Source: Oculina patagonica (Eukaryota). Taken from it: 64,000 nt of DNA. The notes under the pieces are model-generated. The model was given only the letters and a program-made list of their open reading frames with translations, was not told where the DNA came from and searched no databases. The stretch covers positions 50,406,001 to 50,470,000 of the forward strand of contig NC_135761.1 in assembly GCF_052425735.1 (NCBI RefSeq). Direction: 5' to 3'. Below, piece after piece: positions 35,360 to 47,751 of the stretch; the first letter of the stretch is position 1; every line of letters begins with the position of its first letter. The position numbers and the translations under genes are program-made.

Positions 35360-36254
35360 AATGACGCACTCGATTAGGCAGATATCTGCAACGATGAACA
35401 AAACGCTCTTACTACAGTAACTATATGATAGTTCCTGTAATGATAATGTTGTCTATAACAAACACAAAATTTATCATATTCCAATGTTAACTGTTCTGAA
35501 ATGACGTCCGGCACTTATTACGCCAGAGGTGTAATGTGATTAATGGTGCCATTCTGTATTGCAAGAAAAGAAAGTAAATGCAGCTTTCTTACCGTTTAGT
35601 AAAAAGAGAACTCGGAATCCATGCTTGAAGTCAATAAGCAAGAAGCAGACGCTTTTTCAGCAACCAGTTATCAACTAGTTATTGAAAAGAAACTATTTTT
35701 CGTGGGTAAAGAAAAACAATCAAAATTATGTACGTTACCTTTTACGAATAACTTGAAAGTCTTACGTCAATAACCGTCAAAGCAAAAACATATTGTCCAA
35801 AAAAAGATACTTGGTTTGAACACTGGTTTTTACTCTTCGAACATTAAATTTAACACACTTAAAGTGTATGTAATTTGCTTATATCAATGGCTTTTTAAAA
35901 CCATTATACCGAATTTATGAATGCGATAAACAACACCTTTCGCAGGAATTAAAATTTATTTAAAATTGGAATTATTTTTTTTTTCTTTTTTTTTTAATTG
36001 TTATTGTTGAAAACGCTAAATACGTGATGTGGGAAGGAAAAAGACATGAAATGTTATAACTGTTATACTTTATATTGACTGGTATGTAACTGTAACACCT
36101 GTCCTTCTTTGCTCTAGGGCTATGACGTCATTCTGCAATGCAATGGATTGACAACGTTAGAAAACATAAAAACGTGAAAACATTAAAACGTTGAAACGCT
36201 AAAACGAATCACCAGTAAACTACTTTGTGGCTATGGCAGTTTTTATAAAGCCTT

Positions 36255-36640
36255 CTAGGAAAGGTGTCCTTCTTCTTTTGTGCAAGAAGTTGATGATTAA
36301 GGAAGTGGCCTCCGTCGATCGTATATCCATATCAAAATTCCGGTGTCTAACAGAACCTTGGTTTTAAGCGAATAATGAAATGTGCATCTTTAAGGAAAGT
36401 GTATCGTTTTTGTTTGTGCAAGTAGATAATTATTAAGGAAGACGCTTTCGTCCATCTTATATCCATATCAATATTCCGGTGTCTAATAGAAACTTGGCTT
36501 TAAGCGAATAATGAAAATTGCATCTTTAAGGAAAATGCAACTTTCTTTTTTTTTTCAAGTAGTTAACAATGATCAACAATTAATCCTATACCCATATCAA
36601 ATCCCGGTGTCTAACAGAAACTTGGCTTTAAGCGAATAAT
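36255..36640. repeat. Minisatellite upstream of D (3 units)
   Basis: Same unit as 21610-22030. Confidence 0.8.
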
Positions 36641-38686
36641 TAATTAAAGCCCATGGGGTCGTCGAGTCCATTATGTCAAGAAGTATTGCACGATTGCACG
36701 ATCAATATTTTAATTGATAAAAGTAAAGGCCATGTTCCAAACTTTAGTGTATAAATAAAAGTAAAGTCAAAAATATAATAGTCGTGGTGAAAAGAATGTT
36801 ATTCGATCCAACATACGGTTTCAATGCATTAGCACAAACGGAATGGCAGAAACTACTATAGCTCTTGATGAACAATTGTCTAATACACCTTTTTTGTGCC
36901 TTAATATAAAGTGTTAATGGTGTCTGAAAAGTAGATAATTTTATAAAAAATGGCGTCGGGGGTAGGGAAATGTAAAGCTTGGCTACTTTTTTTGCTTAAA
37001 TTGGAATTCTGGGTTAATAGCAACCCCCTTCAGAGTAACAATTAAGGGTTCTCAACCCTGACTGTATCATTTTCACATTGAACTGCAACTATATCGCTGT
37101 TTAGCTTCATTTTCGCAATTTCACGTATTCCGGTGCTAGTTAAGAGCGGTCATCTGCAAATATCGCCTGGAGGCGAGCGCAATGAAAATTAAAATCGAAA
37201 ATTATCAAACTTAGTCAGAAATGTAGGTCTTTTTAAATTCAATTAGAATTTTCTTTTAGGCGAACGGCGACGACACCTACGGACCTACGGTTTGGCAGCT
37301 CTCGCATCAGTTAACAAGGGGTATATACAACAAAGGACTTAAATGTGCCTTTTTTGTTTACAATTGCTTTCTATTTTTTATGTACTTTAACCATGTTGAA
37401 TTCACTAATGACGGGTTACACTTGCTGATGTGCTGTATTGTTAAGTTAATTTTCATCTTCGTTTCCCTTACTTCTTTTTATGATGGATAGTTCTATACAT
37501 CAAATGCATTTCCATTTAATGTGTCCTACACTGTCTAACGCTCCTCTCACGCGACAGTACGTGTAGAACTGACATATGTGGGACAGACCGGATAGACCTT
37601 TCCTAACAGGAAATTCGGTTCTATAAAGGCCATCCGGCTCATCACGCGTCCGATTTTTATTTATTACACACAAAATTCGATATTCACAATTATGGTAGTT
37701 TCGGCCCAAATAGCATAGAGAGCTCACACACAAACAACAACAACGTTTAATGCTACTCCATTTTCCAACCACATGCTACAATTCTGTATCCCATACTATA
37801 CACTGAAACTGACTTCCGTTTAGAGTAGATACACAACAATTTTCTGCTCTTTCTAACGAAAAGTTTTATGCTAAACGGAGTATGGTAGAGTCAGTATCTA
37901 TTGACTGCAGTGAATTACAGTGAATTGCGTTGTTGTGAAGTTTTTTATGGCCTCCCAAACATCCCCAAAAATCACCCAAAAATTTACAAAATACTGCAAT
38001 ACATAGATACATCTACATGGGAAGAGTAAAGCTTTTTGGAGTCCTTGAAACGCGAACGAGATATTTCCGTTTAAGGTGGCTGATAATGAGTTTCAGTTTT
38101 TCGTAGCCCTTTTACTTTGGGTCAGTACTACAATTCTTCATCAATTGCTATTACAGTGTATAAAACAAATGTTTAATCATTCTTGACAATAGTAGTTACC
38201 CGATAAAGAGTTGCAGTACTATCCCATCAAAGTGTAATGGCTCAGGAAAATACCAAAACGCGTACGCGTACGGCCTTCAGGTGAAACCCTGCCTTAAAGT
38301 ATTGCAAATAGCTAGGCTGCCCTTTGCTAGGTGTTAAAAATTTATACTTTCAAGTCATATAATTCAATCGTTTATTTGTACTGTGCGAAATATATTTATA
38401 AATTGAGACCATTATGTCATTAACTAATAATGCAATCTTGACAACATTCTAGTTATTACGTTATGCACACCAATACGACTCATGCAAACCGTGTGACTTA
38501 CGCAAACCTCGGACTGCAGTGTTACTTAAATAACTGTTTCGAGTTTTTTTTTCCTGTACTGAACCCTGCCTTTCAAGTCAAAGCGGATAGTTAATTATTA
38601 ACCGCCCGGTTTTTAGCTTCTCAAGCTTCTTGTTTTGTACTATGAATTAAAACTTAAGGCTCGTGTAATTTTAAGAACTTTCAAAA

Positions 38687-38790
38687 GCAGGGATGGAGCA
38701 GTGGTGAGAGCACTCGCCTCTTACCAATGTGGCACGCGTTCGATTCCCAGACCTGGCGTCGGGTTAAGTTCGTTGTTGGTTCTCGTCATC
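38687..38790 (+). mobile_element. Truncated tRNA-derived SINE head
   Basis: GCAGGGATGGAGCAGTGGTGAGAGCACTCGCC...GTTCGATTCC; homologous to the start of 40230-40496. Confidence 0.75.
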
Positions 38791-39310
38791 GCAATTCGAT
38801 AAATTTTGACGTCGGAAACTTCAAGGTTGTGTTTGCCTGTCAATTCCTTGAGTCCAAGAAATAAAACAAGGTGATTTTTCACGGCTTCTAAGTCGTTTGA
38901 ATGTCGTATCTGAATTAAAGCAGTAAAAGCTTCCAATCGATGTTATAGCACCAGCACTAGCAGCTATTGTGTAAGCTGGCGCGCGCCAAGCGTAAATTCG
39001 GGATCTTTAATAGGTGAAAAGCGTACATGTACATGGATCATAAGGTAAATTATTAACGAAACATGACACTTATAGCATCCTGCGACTCCTGCTGCCGAGA
39101 TTTGGTATCAAAACCTTACATTTCTTACATTTGTTTGACGAAAAAAGTCGAAAATTGTTATTAACAACAGGGTTTTAGGATATCAAGGGCAATCGGGTCT
39201 TTTGTCAGTTGTCAGTAAACCCGACTACAAATGTCTGTTGTAAGTTAAAATTTTGGCAATTTGTCAGCTGTCAGGTAACCCCATCCAGACCCTCTTGAAA
39301 GCCTGCCATT

Positions 39311-40114
39311 TCAGCTGATAAATATTAGTTCGGAAATCGCTTTTCTATAATCTTGCATTCTAACACAATAAATGATAAAATTTATAAACGAATTCCCAAA
39401 CTGAAGAAGCTTAACTACGACAAAAACTACAATGTGTATATTCCTACATGGCACACACATATTAACCACAATATTTAAAACTTGGAAAGGAAGCCATGTC
39501 AGCACAAATGTCCCGGTGATCAAAAATAATGTCTTCGACAACCTGGCCTCACGCCTCGCCCTAACTTTATTTTGTAGTCGAGAAGCCTGTTTTCTCCAAA
39601 TGCCGCAGTAAGCACTGCAAGTTATCAACAAAGGAGTAGACAAGCTGATAGTGATAACAATTAGGAACTGCAGATTTTTCATGACAGAAAAGTCAAGTAG
39701 CACTCGAGTTGAAGTTACAATAAGGGACAGGATCCACGGCGTTACCATGGCAATGATGTAGCTATGTGAGGATAACTGCCGATGACGAAGCGGTCGAGCG
39801 ATAGCGTGGAGTCTTTCGAGAGAGATTACTGTCAGTGTGAAAATGGAACAGAGACCTGTAAACATATCCACGCAATCATATACGACTCGTGGTATCAGTG
39901 TCTCCACAGAGATGACTACTGTCATATAAATCGGTATTGTAAATAATCCAACCAACAGATCAGTAATGGCCAAATCGATTAACATGTAATGAAAACGTTT
40001 GCGAAACCTTCGCTTGAGAAGAACTAAAATAGTTAGGAGGTTACATATAATGATTGTAATTGCTGTGACTCCAAAACACACAGTCCAGAACCAGTTCCAA
40101 CTGTTGAAGTTCAT
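39311..40114 (-). CDS. Class A GPCR, copy E (paralog of A), C-terminally truncated, 267 aa
   Basis: Highly similar to A; TGC>TGA stop just after helix 8 (ISELIFIS*); start aligned to A's MNFNSW at 40114. Confidence 0.88.
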   Translation of the reverse strand: MNFNSWNWFWTVCFGVTAITIIICNLLTILVLLKRRFRKRFHYMLIDLAITDLLVGLFTIPIYMTVVISVETLIPRVVYDCVDMFTGLCSIFTLTVISLERLHAIARPLRHRQLSSHSYIIAMVTPWILSLIVTSTRVLLDFSVMKNLQFLIVITISLSTPLLITCSAYCGIWRKQASRLQNKVRARREARLSKTLFLITGTFVLTWLPFQVLNIVVNMCVPCRNIHIVVFVVVKLLQFGNSFINFIIYCVRMQDYRKAISELIFIS

Positions 40115-40229
40115 GGTGAATGCACAATGTAGACAGCTACCTGCAATGGAGAACAAAAACTCTTGTTTGTTCAACTGGCCTTCCCGTCCTCGTATGTTAA
40201 GGTCCCTATTAACAAGTCAGGGCCGGGTT

Positions 40230-40496
40230 GCAGGGATGGCGCAGTGGTGAGAGCGCTCGCATCCCACCAATGTTCCCTGGGTTCGTTTCCAGCCCGGTGT
40301 CATACGTGGGTTGAGTTTGTTGTTGGTTCTTGTCCTTGCTCCGAGGGGTTTTCTCTGGGTTCTCTGGTTTTCCTCCCTCCAAAAAAAAAAAACAACACTT
40401 TCAAATTTCAATTCGATCGGGAATACACGGCCCCACAAGCTTATAGCTTTAATCATTACCGTGTCTTCATAAAGGTAATTTATTTTTATTTTATTT
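40230..40496 (+). mobile_element. tRNA-derived SINE inserted in a Harbinger-type MITE
   Basis: A box TGGCGCAGTGG, B box GGTTCGTTTCC, TTTA-rich tail; absent at the paralogous position ~14881. Confidence 0.85.
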
Positions 40497-41685
40497 AAGG
40501 TAATCCAGGTTAAGGGTTAATTTTGATTTTAGTTTTTTTTTAACTTTTCAGTAAGGTTTTCTGTTTATATTTTCTGTCCTCCAATTTTCTTGTCAACCAA
40601 TCTAAAACCCCGCATAATATAAGCAATAAAAACACTTTATACAACAGAATTGAACCCTCGATCAACTTTGAAACTTGTGTCAATCGGCTTTCGAACAGCG
40701 CGGCCCAAAGCACGCTTTTCGCTGAAGCTATGTTGTAAACATGCTGGCATGTCTAGTTTGCACAGGATGCTTGATTGCATTTCCTACCCTTATGTAGTGA
40801 AATGTAAGAGTTCTTGCTTGGTAACATCTTAATTTCTACGAATATGAAAATTCAGTAATACGAAATTATTTATATCTAGAAATATTTTGTTTTCTCGCCT
40901 CATGACAAGTTTGTCGTATTTTTAACGCACCGAAACTTCGATCCTTTTATACATCTAATAAAAAAACCTGGTTTAATTAGGAAAGAATTTCTGTTTGTTT
41001 GCCCCAGTGCTTGTTATTTCTGTAACAATAGGACAACAATTTTCCCACACGACTCCCCACAAGTTTCAGGGGGGACTTCGGATACAAAGATTTTGGTTTT
41101 CTTCAGAAAAAATGAAAACTTTTCGGAGAAATAGCGGTCCCTTCTTGAAGTCACAAACTTTCCGCTGATTTTTACCACGTTCCAAGCTGCCAAAGTCGGC
41201 GAGGGCTTAGAAATTCATCAATGTACCAGAAAACGACAAGGATGTTCGAGAAAACGACAAGCTTCTGGCAGAGGTTCCCCGCGAAGTAGATCTTGATCTT
41301 TTGCGCCTGCACTCACCTTGCCCAGCGGATTTTTACAACGAACGCCCCATCGGGAACCTCTGCGGAGGAGAGAGATCTCATCTTACTTCAATGAAGTATT
41401 GTTTACAGACAGCAATTGTAACAGACAGCAATGTTAATGCATTTTATATTGCTCTTAACGTGCCAACGAAAGATTTTGTCTGCGATATTTTTTCATTCTA
41501 ATTAGTCTTTACGGAATCACAGAGATTTTACATGTGTAGTATTAATAACAGAGATTTTAAACTCTGTTTAAATAGGTGAACTACTATTGCGAACTTCCTA
41601 TTCACGAATTACGCTCAAGAAGGTCAATGAGATCAATTTGTCCCTTCTATAACGTTTCTATTGTATTATGTCGTATTATGTGTTA

Positions 41686-42213
41686 CAGTGAAACCCCGAT
41701 ATAACGATCCTCGATATAACGATAATCCCGATATAACGATGAATATTCTTTGTCCCGGCAAAAGTTACAGTAAAATGTATGGGACGGAACCCCGATATAA
41801 CGATCTTCGATATAACGATATTCCCGATATAACGATGAGAATTTAGCGGACCGAACGTAAAATCCTCCTGATATAACGATATTATCAGTACACCGTCACA
41901 TTTTATTTGCAAAACATCGAATTTAATGCAATAACATTACAGTAATCGAGTCATCTCTAACTTTTCTAAAAACAGCTTTGTACGATGACATACGAAAATG
42001 ATACTGTGTTCTAAGCCTTCTTATCAAAATTATTCTCTTTATCCTTCTGTGATATGCAGTAAAAAGTACTTGTTAGGATTACCCCGATATAACGATATTT
42101 TCAGTTATTTTACGGCCATATCGTTATATCGGGAGTTTCGATATAACGATTCTTCGATATAACGATATTATTTTACTGCTCCCTTGGCATATCGTTATAT
42201 CGGGGTTCCACTG
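41686..42213. mobile_element. Tc1/mariner-pogo-type MITE inserted in the last codons of GPCR F
   Basis: TIR CAGTG(A/G)AACCCCGATATAACGAT / ATCGTTATATCGGGGTTCCACTG; TA TSD (41684-41685, 42214-42215); many CGATATAACGAT repeats; empty site GTGTTACTTAG in B at ~19845-19855. Confidence 0.95.
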
Positions 42214-43111
42214 TACTTAGATGCCATGTGCTTGAAAAGGAAACAAGCCTTATACTTGTAGGAGCATCGGTCAACGGGTAAAGCTCTCGACGTAAGGTTA
42301 GACTGCATCTGCACCTGGCAAGTATATCGAAGAGCGCATTTCTATACCCTTGCATTCTAAGGCAATAAATAATGCAATTGCTGAAAGAATTACCAAACTG
42401 AAGAAGCTTAATCGTGTAGACAACTACAGCGGGAACGCTCTTACATGGCGAACACATATTCAACACAATTACTAGCACTTGGAATGGCAGCCATGTCAAT
42501 ACAAAAGTTCCTGTTATCAAAAGCAGGGTCTTGGACAGCTTAACCTCGCTCCTTGCTGTTACTCCATTTTGTAGTCGAGAAGCTTGCTTTCTCCAGATGG
42601 CACCGTAAGAAGCACAGTAGACCAACAAAGGTGTTGTTAAGCTGATAATCATAACAACAACAAATTGGTGGATTTTCATGACGGAAAATCCAAGCAACAG
42701 TCGAGTTGAGGTGACAATAAGGGAAAGGATCCACGGCGTTGCCATGGCAATGACGTAGCTATTCAAGGAGAGCTGACGATGACGAAGTGGCCTCGCAATT
42801 GCGTTTAGTCTTTCAAGAGAAATAACAGCCAAGGTAAATATTGAGCAAAAACCTGTAAACATATCTGCAAAATCAAGAACGAGTCGTGACACCAGCTTCT
42901 CTTCAGACATGACTGTTATCATATAAATCGGAATTGCAAATAAACCAACCAGCAGATCAGCTATGGCCAAATCAATTAACAGGTAATGACAACGTTTTCG
43001 AAGCCTTCGCTTGATAAGAATTGAAATGGACAGTGAGTTACCAACAATGGTTAAAAACGCTATTGATCCAAAGCACATGCTCCAGAATGTGTTCCATTTG
43101 TTTAAGTCCAT
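42173..43111 (-). CDS. Class A GPCR, copy F, with MITE-encoded C-terminus, 312 aa
   Basis: 7TM ORF from MDLNKW; ends ...STWHLS-TVEPRYNDMPREQ*, whereas B ends STWHLSNT*. Confidence 0.93.
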   Translation of the reverse strand: MDLNKWNTFWSMCFGSIAFLTIVGNSLSISILIKRRLRKRCHYLLIDLAIADLLVGLFAIPIYMITVMSEEKLVSRLVLDFADMFTGFCSIFTLAVISLERLNAIARPLRHRQLSLNSYVIAMATPWILSLIVTSTRLLLGFSVMKIHQFVVVMIISLTTPLLVYCASYGAIWRKQASRLQNGVTARSEVKLSKTLLLITGTFVLTWLPFQVLVIVLNMCSPCKSVPAVVVYTIKLLQFGNSFSNCIIYCLRMQGYRNALFDILARCRCSLTLRRELYPLTDAPTSIRLVSFSSTWHLSTVEPRYNDMPREQ

Positions 43112-43969
43112 GATGACGCACTCGATTAGGCAGATATCTGCATCAAGGAACAAGCCACGCTAACTACAGTAACTATATGATAGTTCCTGTAATGATGATG
43201 TTATCTATAACAAACACGAAATGTTTCAAATTCAATTGTAAACTGTTCTGAAACGACGTCCGGTACTTATTACGCCAAAGATGCAATTTGATTAATTGTG
43301 CCATTCGATATTGCAAGAAAAGAAGGAAAATAAAGGCTTCTTACCGTTTAGTAAAAAGAGAACTCGAAATCCACGCTTAAAGTCAATATGCAAGGAGCAG
43401 ACGCTTTTTCAGCGACCAGGTATCAACTAGTTATTGAAACAATCCAAATAATTTGCATTTAATTTCCTTTTAGGAATATCTTAAAAGTCTTACGTCAATT
43501 ACCGTCAAAACAAAAACATATTGTGCAAAAATAGATACCTGGTTTGAGCATTGGTTTTTAGACTTTTTACTCTTCGAACTTTAAGATTTAACAAACTTTA
43601 GGTATATATAATTTACTTATAATTTACTTATACCGTTGGCTTTATCAAAATGATAAACCTAATGTATGAATGTGATAAGCCACACCTTTTGAAAGATTTT
43701 AAGTCTTGCTTGAAATTGAAATTTAGATTTTCCATTTATTTTAATTCTCATAAAATACGTAATATGCGAAGGAAAAAGACATGAAAGGTTATGTCTGTAA
43801 TACTATATATTAACTGGTATATAACTATTGCCCCAGTCCTTCTTTGCTCAAGGGCCAAGTCGTCATTCAGCAATGCGATAGATCGACAACGTTAGAACAC
43901 ATTAAGACGTTAAAAGGAAGCAACTGTAACTACTTTGTGGCCATGACAGTTTTTATAAAGCGTCAAAGG

Positions 43970-44900
43970 AAAGTGCATCTTTCTTTGTTTTTGCAAGTAG
44001 TTAACAATTTAGAAAGAGGCCTCTGTGCGACGTATTTCCATATCAAAATGCCGGTGTCTAATAGAAACTTGGCTCTAAGCGAATAGCGGAAAGTGCATCT
44101 TTAAGAAAAGTGCGTTTTTAAGACAAGTGCATCTCTAAGGAAAGTACATATTTAAGGAAAGTGCATCTTTTTTGTTTGTGAAACTAGTTAACGATTACGG
44201 AGGAGGCCTCAGTCAATCGTATATCCATATCACAATTTCGGTGTCTAATAGAAACATGGCTTTTAGCAAATTATAGAAAGTACATCTTTAAGGAAAGTGT
44301 ATGTGCAAGTAGTTAAATATTATTATCTTACATCCATTTCAAAATTTCGGTGTCTAATAAACTTGGCTCTAGGCGAATAATGGAAAGTGCATATTAATTT
44401 TAAGGAAAGTGCATCTTTCTGTGTTTTAACAAGTAGTTAACGATTAAGGAAGAGGCCTCTGACGATCGTATATCCATATCAAATTAAAATTCCGGTGTCT
44501 AATAGAAACTTGGCTCTGAGCGAATAATGGAAAGTGCATTGTTAAGAAAAATGCCTCTTTAATGAAAGTGCATCTTTCTTGGTTAGTACAAGAAGTTAAC
44601 GATTAAGGAAGAGGTCTCAGTCGATCGTATATTTATATCAAAATTTCGGTGTCTAATAGAAACTTGGTTTTAAGCGAATCATGGAAAGTGCATCTTTAGG
44701 ATAGTGCATCTTATGTCCATATCAAAATTCCGGTGTCTAATGGAAACTTGGCTTTAAGGGAATAATATAAAGTACATCTTTAAGGAAAGTGAATTTTTCT
44801 TTTTTTAGAAGTAGTTAACGATTAAGGAAGAGGCCTCCGTCGATCCCATATCAATATCAAAATTCTGGTGTCTAATAACAACTTGGCTTTAAGCGAATAA
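43970..44900. repeat. Expanded minisatellite upstream of F (~7 units)
   Basis: GGTGTCTAA core counted seven times (~44052, 44240, 44349, 44494, 44648, 44732, 44866). Confidence 0.85.
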
Positions 44901-46240
44901 ATAATAAAAGCCCATGGCGTCGTCAAGTCCATTATGTCAAGAAGTGTTGCACAATCAAAAACTGTGACATCCCATAGAAAAATCGTCTCCATATTTTAAT
45001 TAAAAAATAAAGGTCACGTAGGAAAATTCAATGTTTAAATAAAAGTAAATTTAAAACCAGGAAAGTCATGTTAAAAAAGGCGATCACATGCATCATTGCT
45101 TGATCACATACATATTAAATGCATAAGAACAATGTTTTTCATAAAAGCATGAAACAGAATTAGAGAATCTAAAAGAGCTCTTGTTGAACATTTGACTAAA
45201 ACAACTTTTGAGTACCTTAATAGTGTTAATGGCGTCTGAAAAGCAGACGATTTTATAAAATAGACGTGGTGAGGGAGGGGGGGGGGGGGGGGGAGAGAAA
45301 ATGTAGATTCAATTTGGTGTTAATAACAACCCACCTCAGAGTAAGGGTTCACAATTCTGACAGAATCACTTTGTAACTCTCAGTTTAATTTATTTTTTAG
45401 GTGTTTAGGTACTAATCATAGCGATTGTCTGCGAAGATTGCCTGAAGGCGAGCAAAATGAAAAAAAAATCGAAAATTATCAAACTTGGCCAACATGCTGA
45501 TTTATTGGACGTTCAATCACATTATCATTTAAGGCCGAACGGGGACGATGGTCAAAAAGTACAGTTTGGCAAAAGGGTACAGACAACAAAGGACTTAAAA
45601 AGAACCCAAAAATGACTGAAAGATACATTCAAACAATAAATACATCGCAATTAAAACAGTTAAATGAAAATTCGATAATAAACATGAATATTTTCGGGAT
45701 ATTCTTAATATTTTCAGCGTGTTATGCCGATTTCAGCATGGCCTAAACTGGCAAAATTGTGAGCGGAGATACCATTTTTATCCACACATGTGTGATACCA
45801 TTTTTCTCAATTTGCTACCACTCGCTATACCACTGCAGTTTATATAATAAAACGAGATAACGAGATAAAACATCGCCGTTTGGTGCCACGGCATTCCAAC
45901 CTATAGAAAGGAAAAAAATACCATTGAAAATCGCACTTTGACTGTTGGTTGGGTCTATTGTTACGAAAATAAAGCAGTGTTTTGTCTTGGAGTAACTGAG
46001 AAAGAAAATGGGTTACTTAAACGAGCACTATTCACAAGTGCGAGTAAATACAAAAATAAATTCATTTTTTTGCAAATTGTTATGCAGTATGATTAAAAGG
46101 AAATCTATTAGTGACCAGTTGCTTCCCCTCTCACTTCAATGTGTCTTTTTTGTTTACAATTGCTTTCTATTTTCTTTTATGTATTTTTAACAATGCTGAA
46201 TTCGCTAATGACGGGTTACTTGCTGATGTGCAGTATTGTT

Positions 46241-47178
46241 AATTATAATATAGATAGGAGTCTACGCGCGCTCTGATTGGCCAAAAACCTATGTTTTATC
46301 AGAGTATAAAACATAGAAAAATCATGTTTTACTGTTTTTCGTCAGCTTTCCTCGAGTGCTTCGCGCGTCGCTGACTGTTCGTTGGCTATAACCACTCGTA
46401 TCCAACAAGGGCGAATAGAATAATTGTTTTATTAAATTCCTTTCAAGTATAAATCCACTGGACATTTCATTTTGATGTAAACGAAGTGAGGTGGGAAAAG
46501 TTGTGGCGCGGTGTTCACTGCTTGAGTTGAATGAAACTCGCAAGAAAAGCGAGCGAGAGAGTTTTCTTTCGAAGATTTTCTTCGACATTCTCCTCTTAAA
46601 TCGTTTATTCATGCTGGAACTTGATTGTAACAACAATTAAGGTTTACGGGAAGATCCGAAGCAATAGTTTTTCTGGAAATTATACGCCTTGTTCAAGTCG
46701 AACAAAGAAAGGGACGGATGTCATCAAGACTACTATATTATGCTGAGACGAAATTGCACTCAGAGTCGGCGAAGTTTATTGAAGTTCTAAAAGACAAGAT
46801 CAAGATTGAAAGGTAACAAACTTACCTGAAATGCTTAACCTTATTTTACGTCGAACACTGAATGAAATTGTGTCAGTTTTCTGGTCTTCCCCTAAACTAT
46901 TTTCTGCTTTTCATCTTCGTTTACTCGCTTTTATTGTACATATTTTTAATTAAACTTTTCACTCGCGGTGTCTAAAATCTATATCATAAAGCAAAGAAAG
47001 AAGCCTAAGCCATGTTTTATTCTGTCATAAAACACTCCGGGCATTTGAGAACACTCGAAAAATGTAGAAAACATTTGCCTGCGGCTCATGTTTTCTACAT
47101 TTCCCTCGTGTTCTCAAATGCACGTCGTGTTTTATGACAGTATAAAACATGGCTTGGTCTTCTTTATTTGTTAAATAA
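46241..47178 (-). mobile_element. Hairpin-ended non-autonomous element (copy 2)
   Basis: Reverse complement of 7221-10136 without the nested insert; absent from the paralogous site at ~37440. Confidence 0.8.
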
Positions 47179-47444
47179 TTGCTAAATTTGTTTTCATCCT
47201 CGTTTCCCTTATTTCCTTTTCTGATGGATAGTTCTATACATCAAATGCATTTCCATTTAATTAGTCCTACACCATCTAATGCTTCCCTCACGCGAGAGTA
47301 CGTGTGGAACTGACGTATGTAGGACAGACCGGATGAACCTTCATCATCACCAATCCCCCCTTTAATTTCCTATTAAACAGGGAAATGAGGCCTTAGAGGC
47401 CTTAGTTGGCCATCTGGCTCATCACGCGTCCGATTTTTATTTAT

Positions 47445-47751
47445 ACCATGCCATAGAAAATACAGCCAATCAGAATACAGGAAAGCCGTTGTATATTCGA
47501 CGGTTTTCAACCCAACCTTCCCATAGTGCGCTGCGACTGTATTCTTGACGAAATTTAGTAAGCGTATTTTCTATGGCATGGTATAAAATAGTTACACAAC
47601 ACTTTCTCGTGGTATACTATGGAATATCCCACTTGTCACTTGTGTTTTCTTGGCATACACACTCGCCTAAAGGCTCGTGTGTATACCGAGAAAATACAAG
47701 TGACGCGTGGGATATTCCATAGTATACCACTCGAAAGCGTTGCATAACTAG
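47445..47751. mobile_element. Short hairpin-ended non-autonomous element
   Basis: Absent at paralogous ~37660; hairpin GTGGTATACTATGGAATATCCCAC...GTGGGATATTCCATAGTATACCAC; TATTTAT at both junctions. Confidence 0.8.

Noticed and set aside
41695-41885. CGATATAACGAT repeats and the PRYND-repeat ORF (41661-41846)
   Set aside because: Subterminal motifs of a MITE, not a gene or spacer array.
43970-44900. Regular repeats resembling a CRISPR array
   Set aside because: Whole units are homologous with no unique spacers, no cas genes, and the context is eukaryotic; it is a minisatellite.
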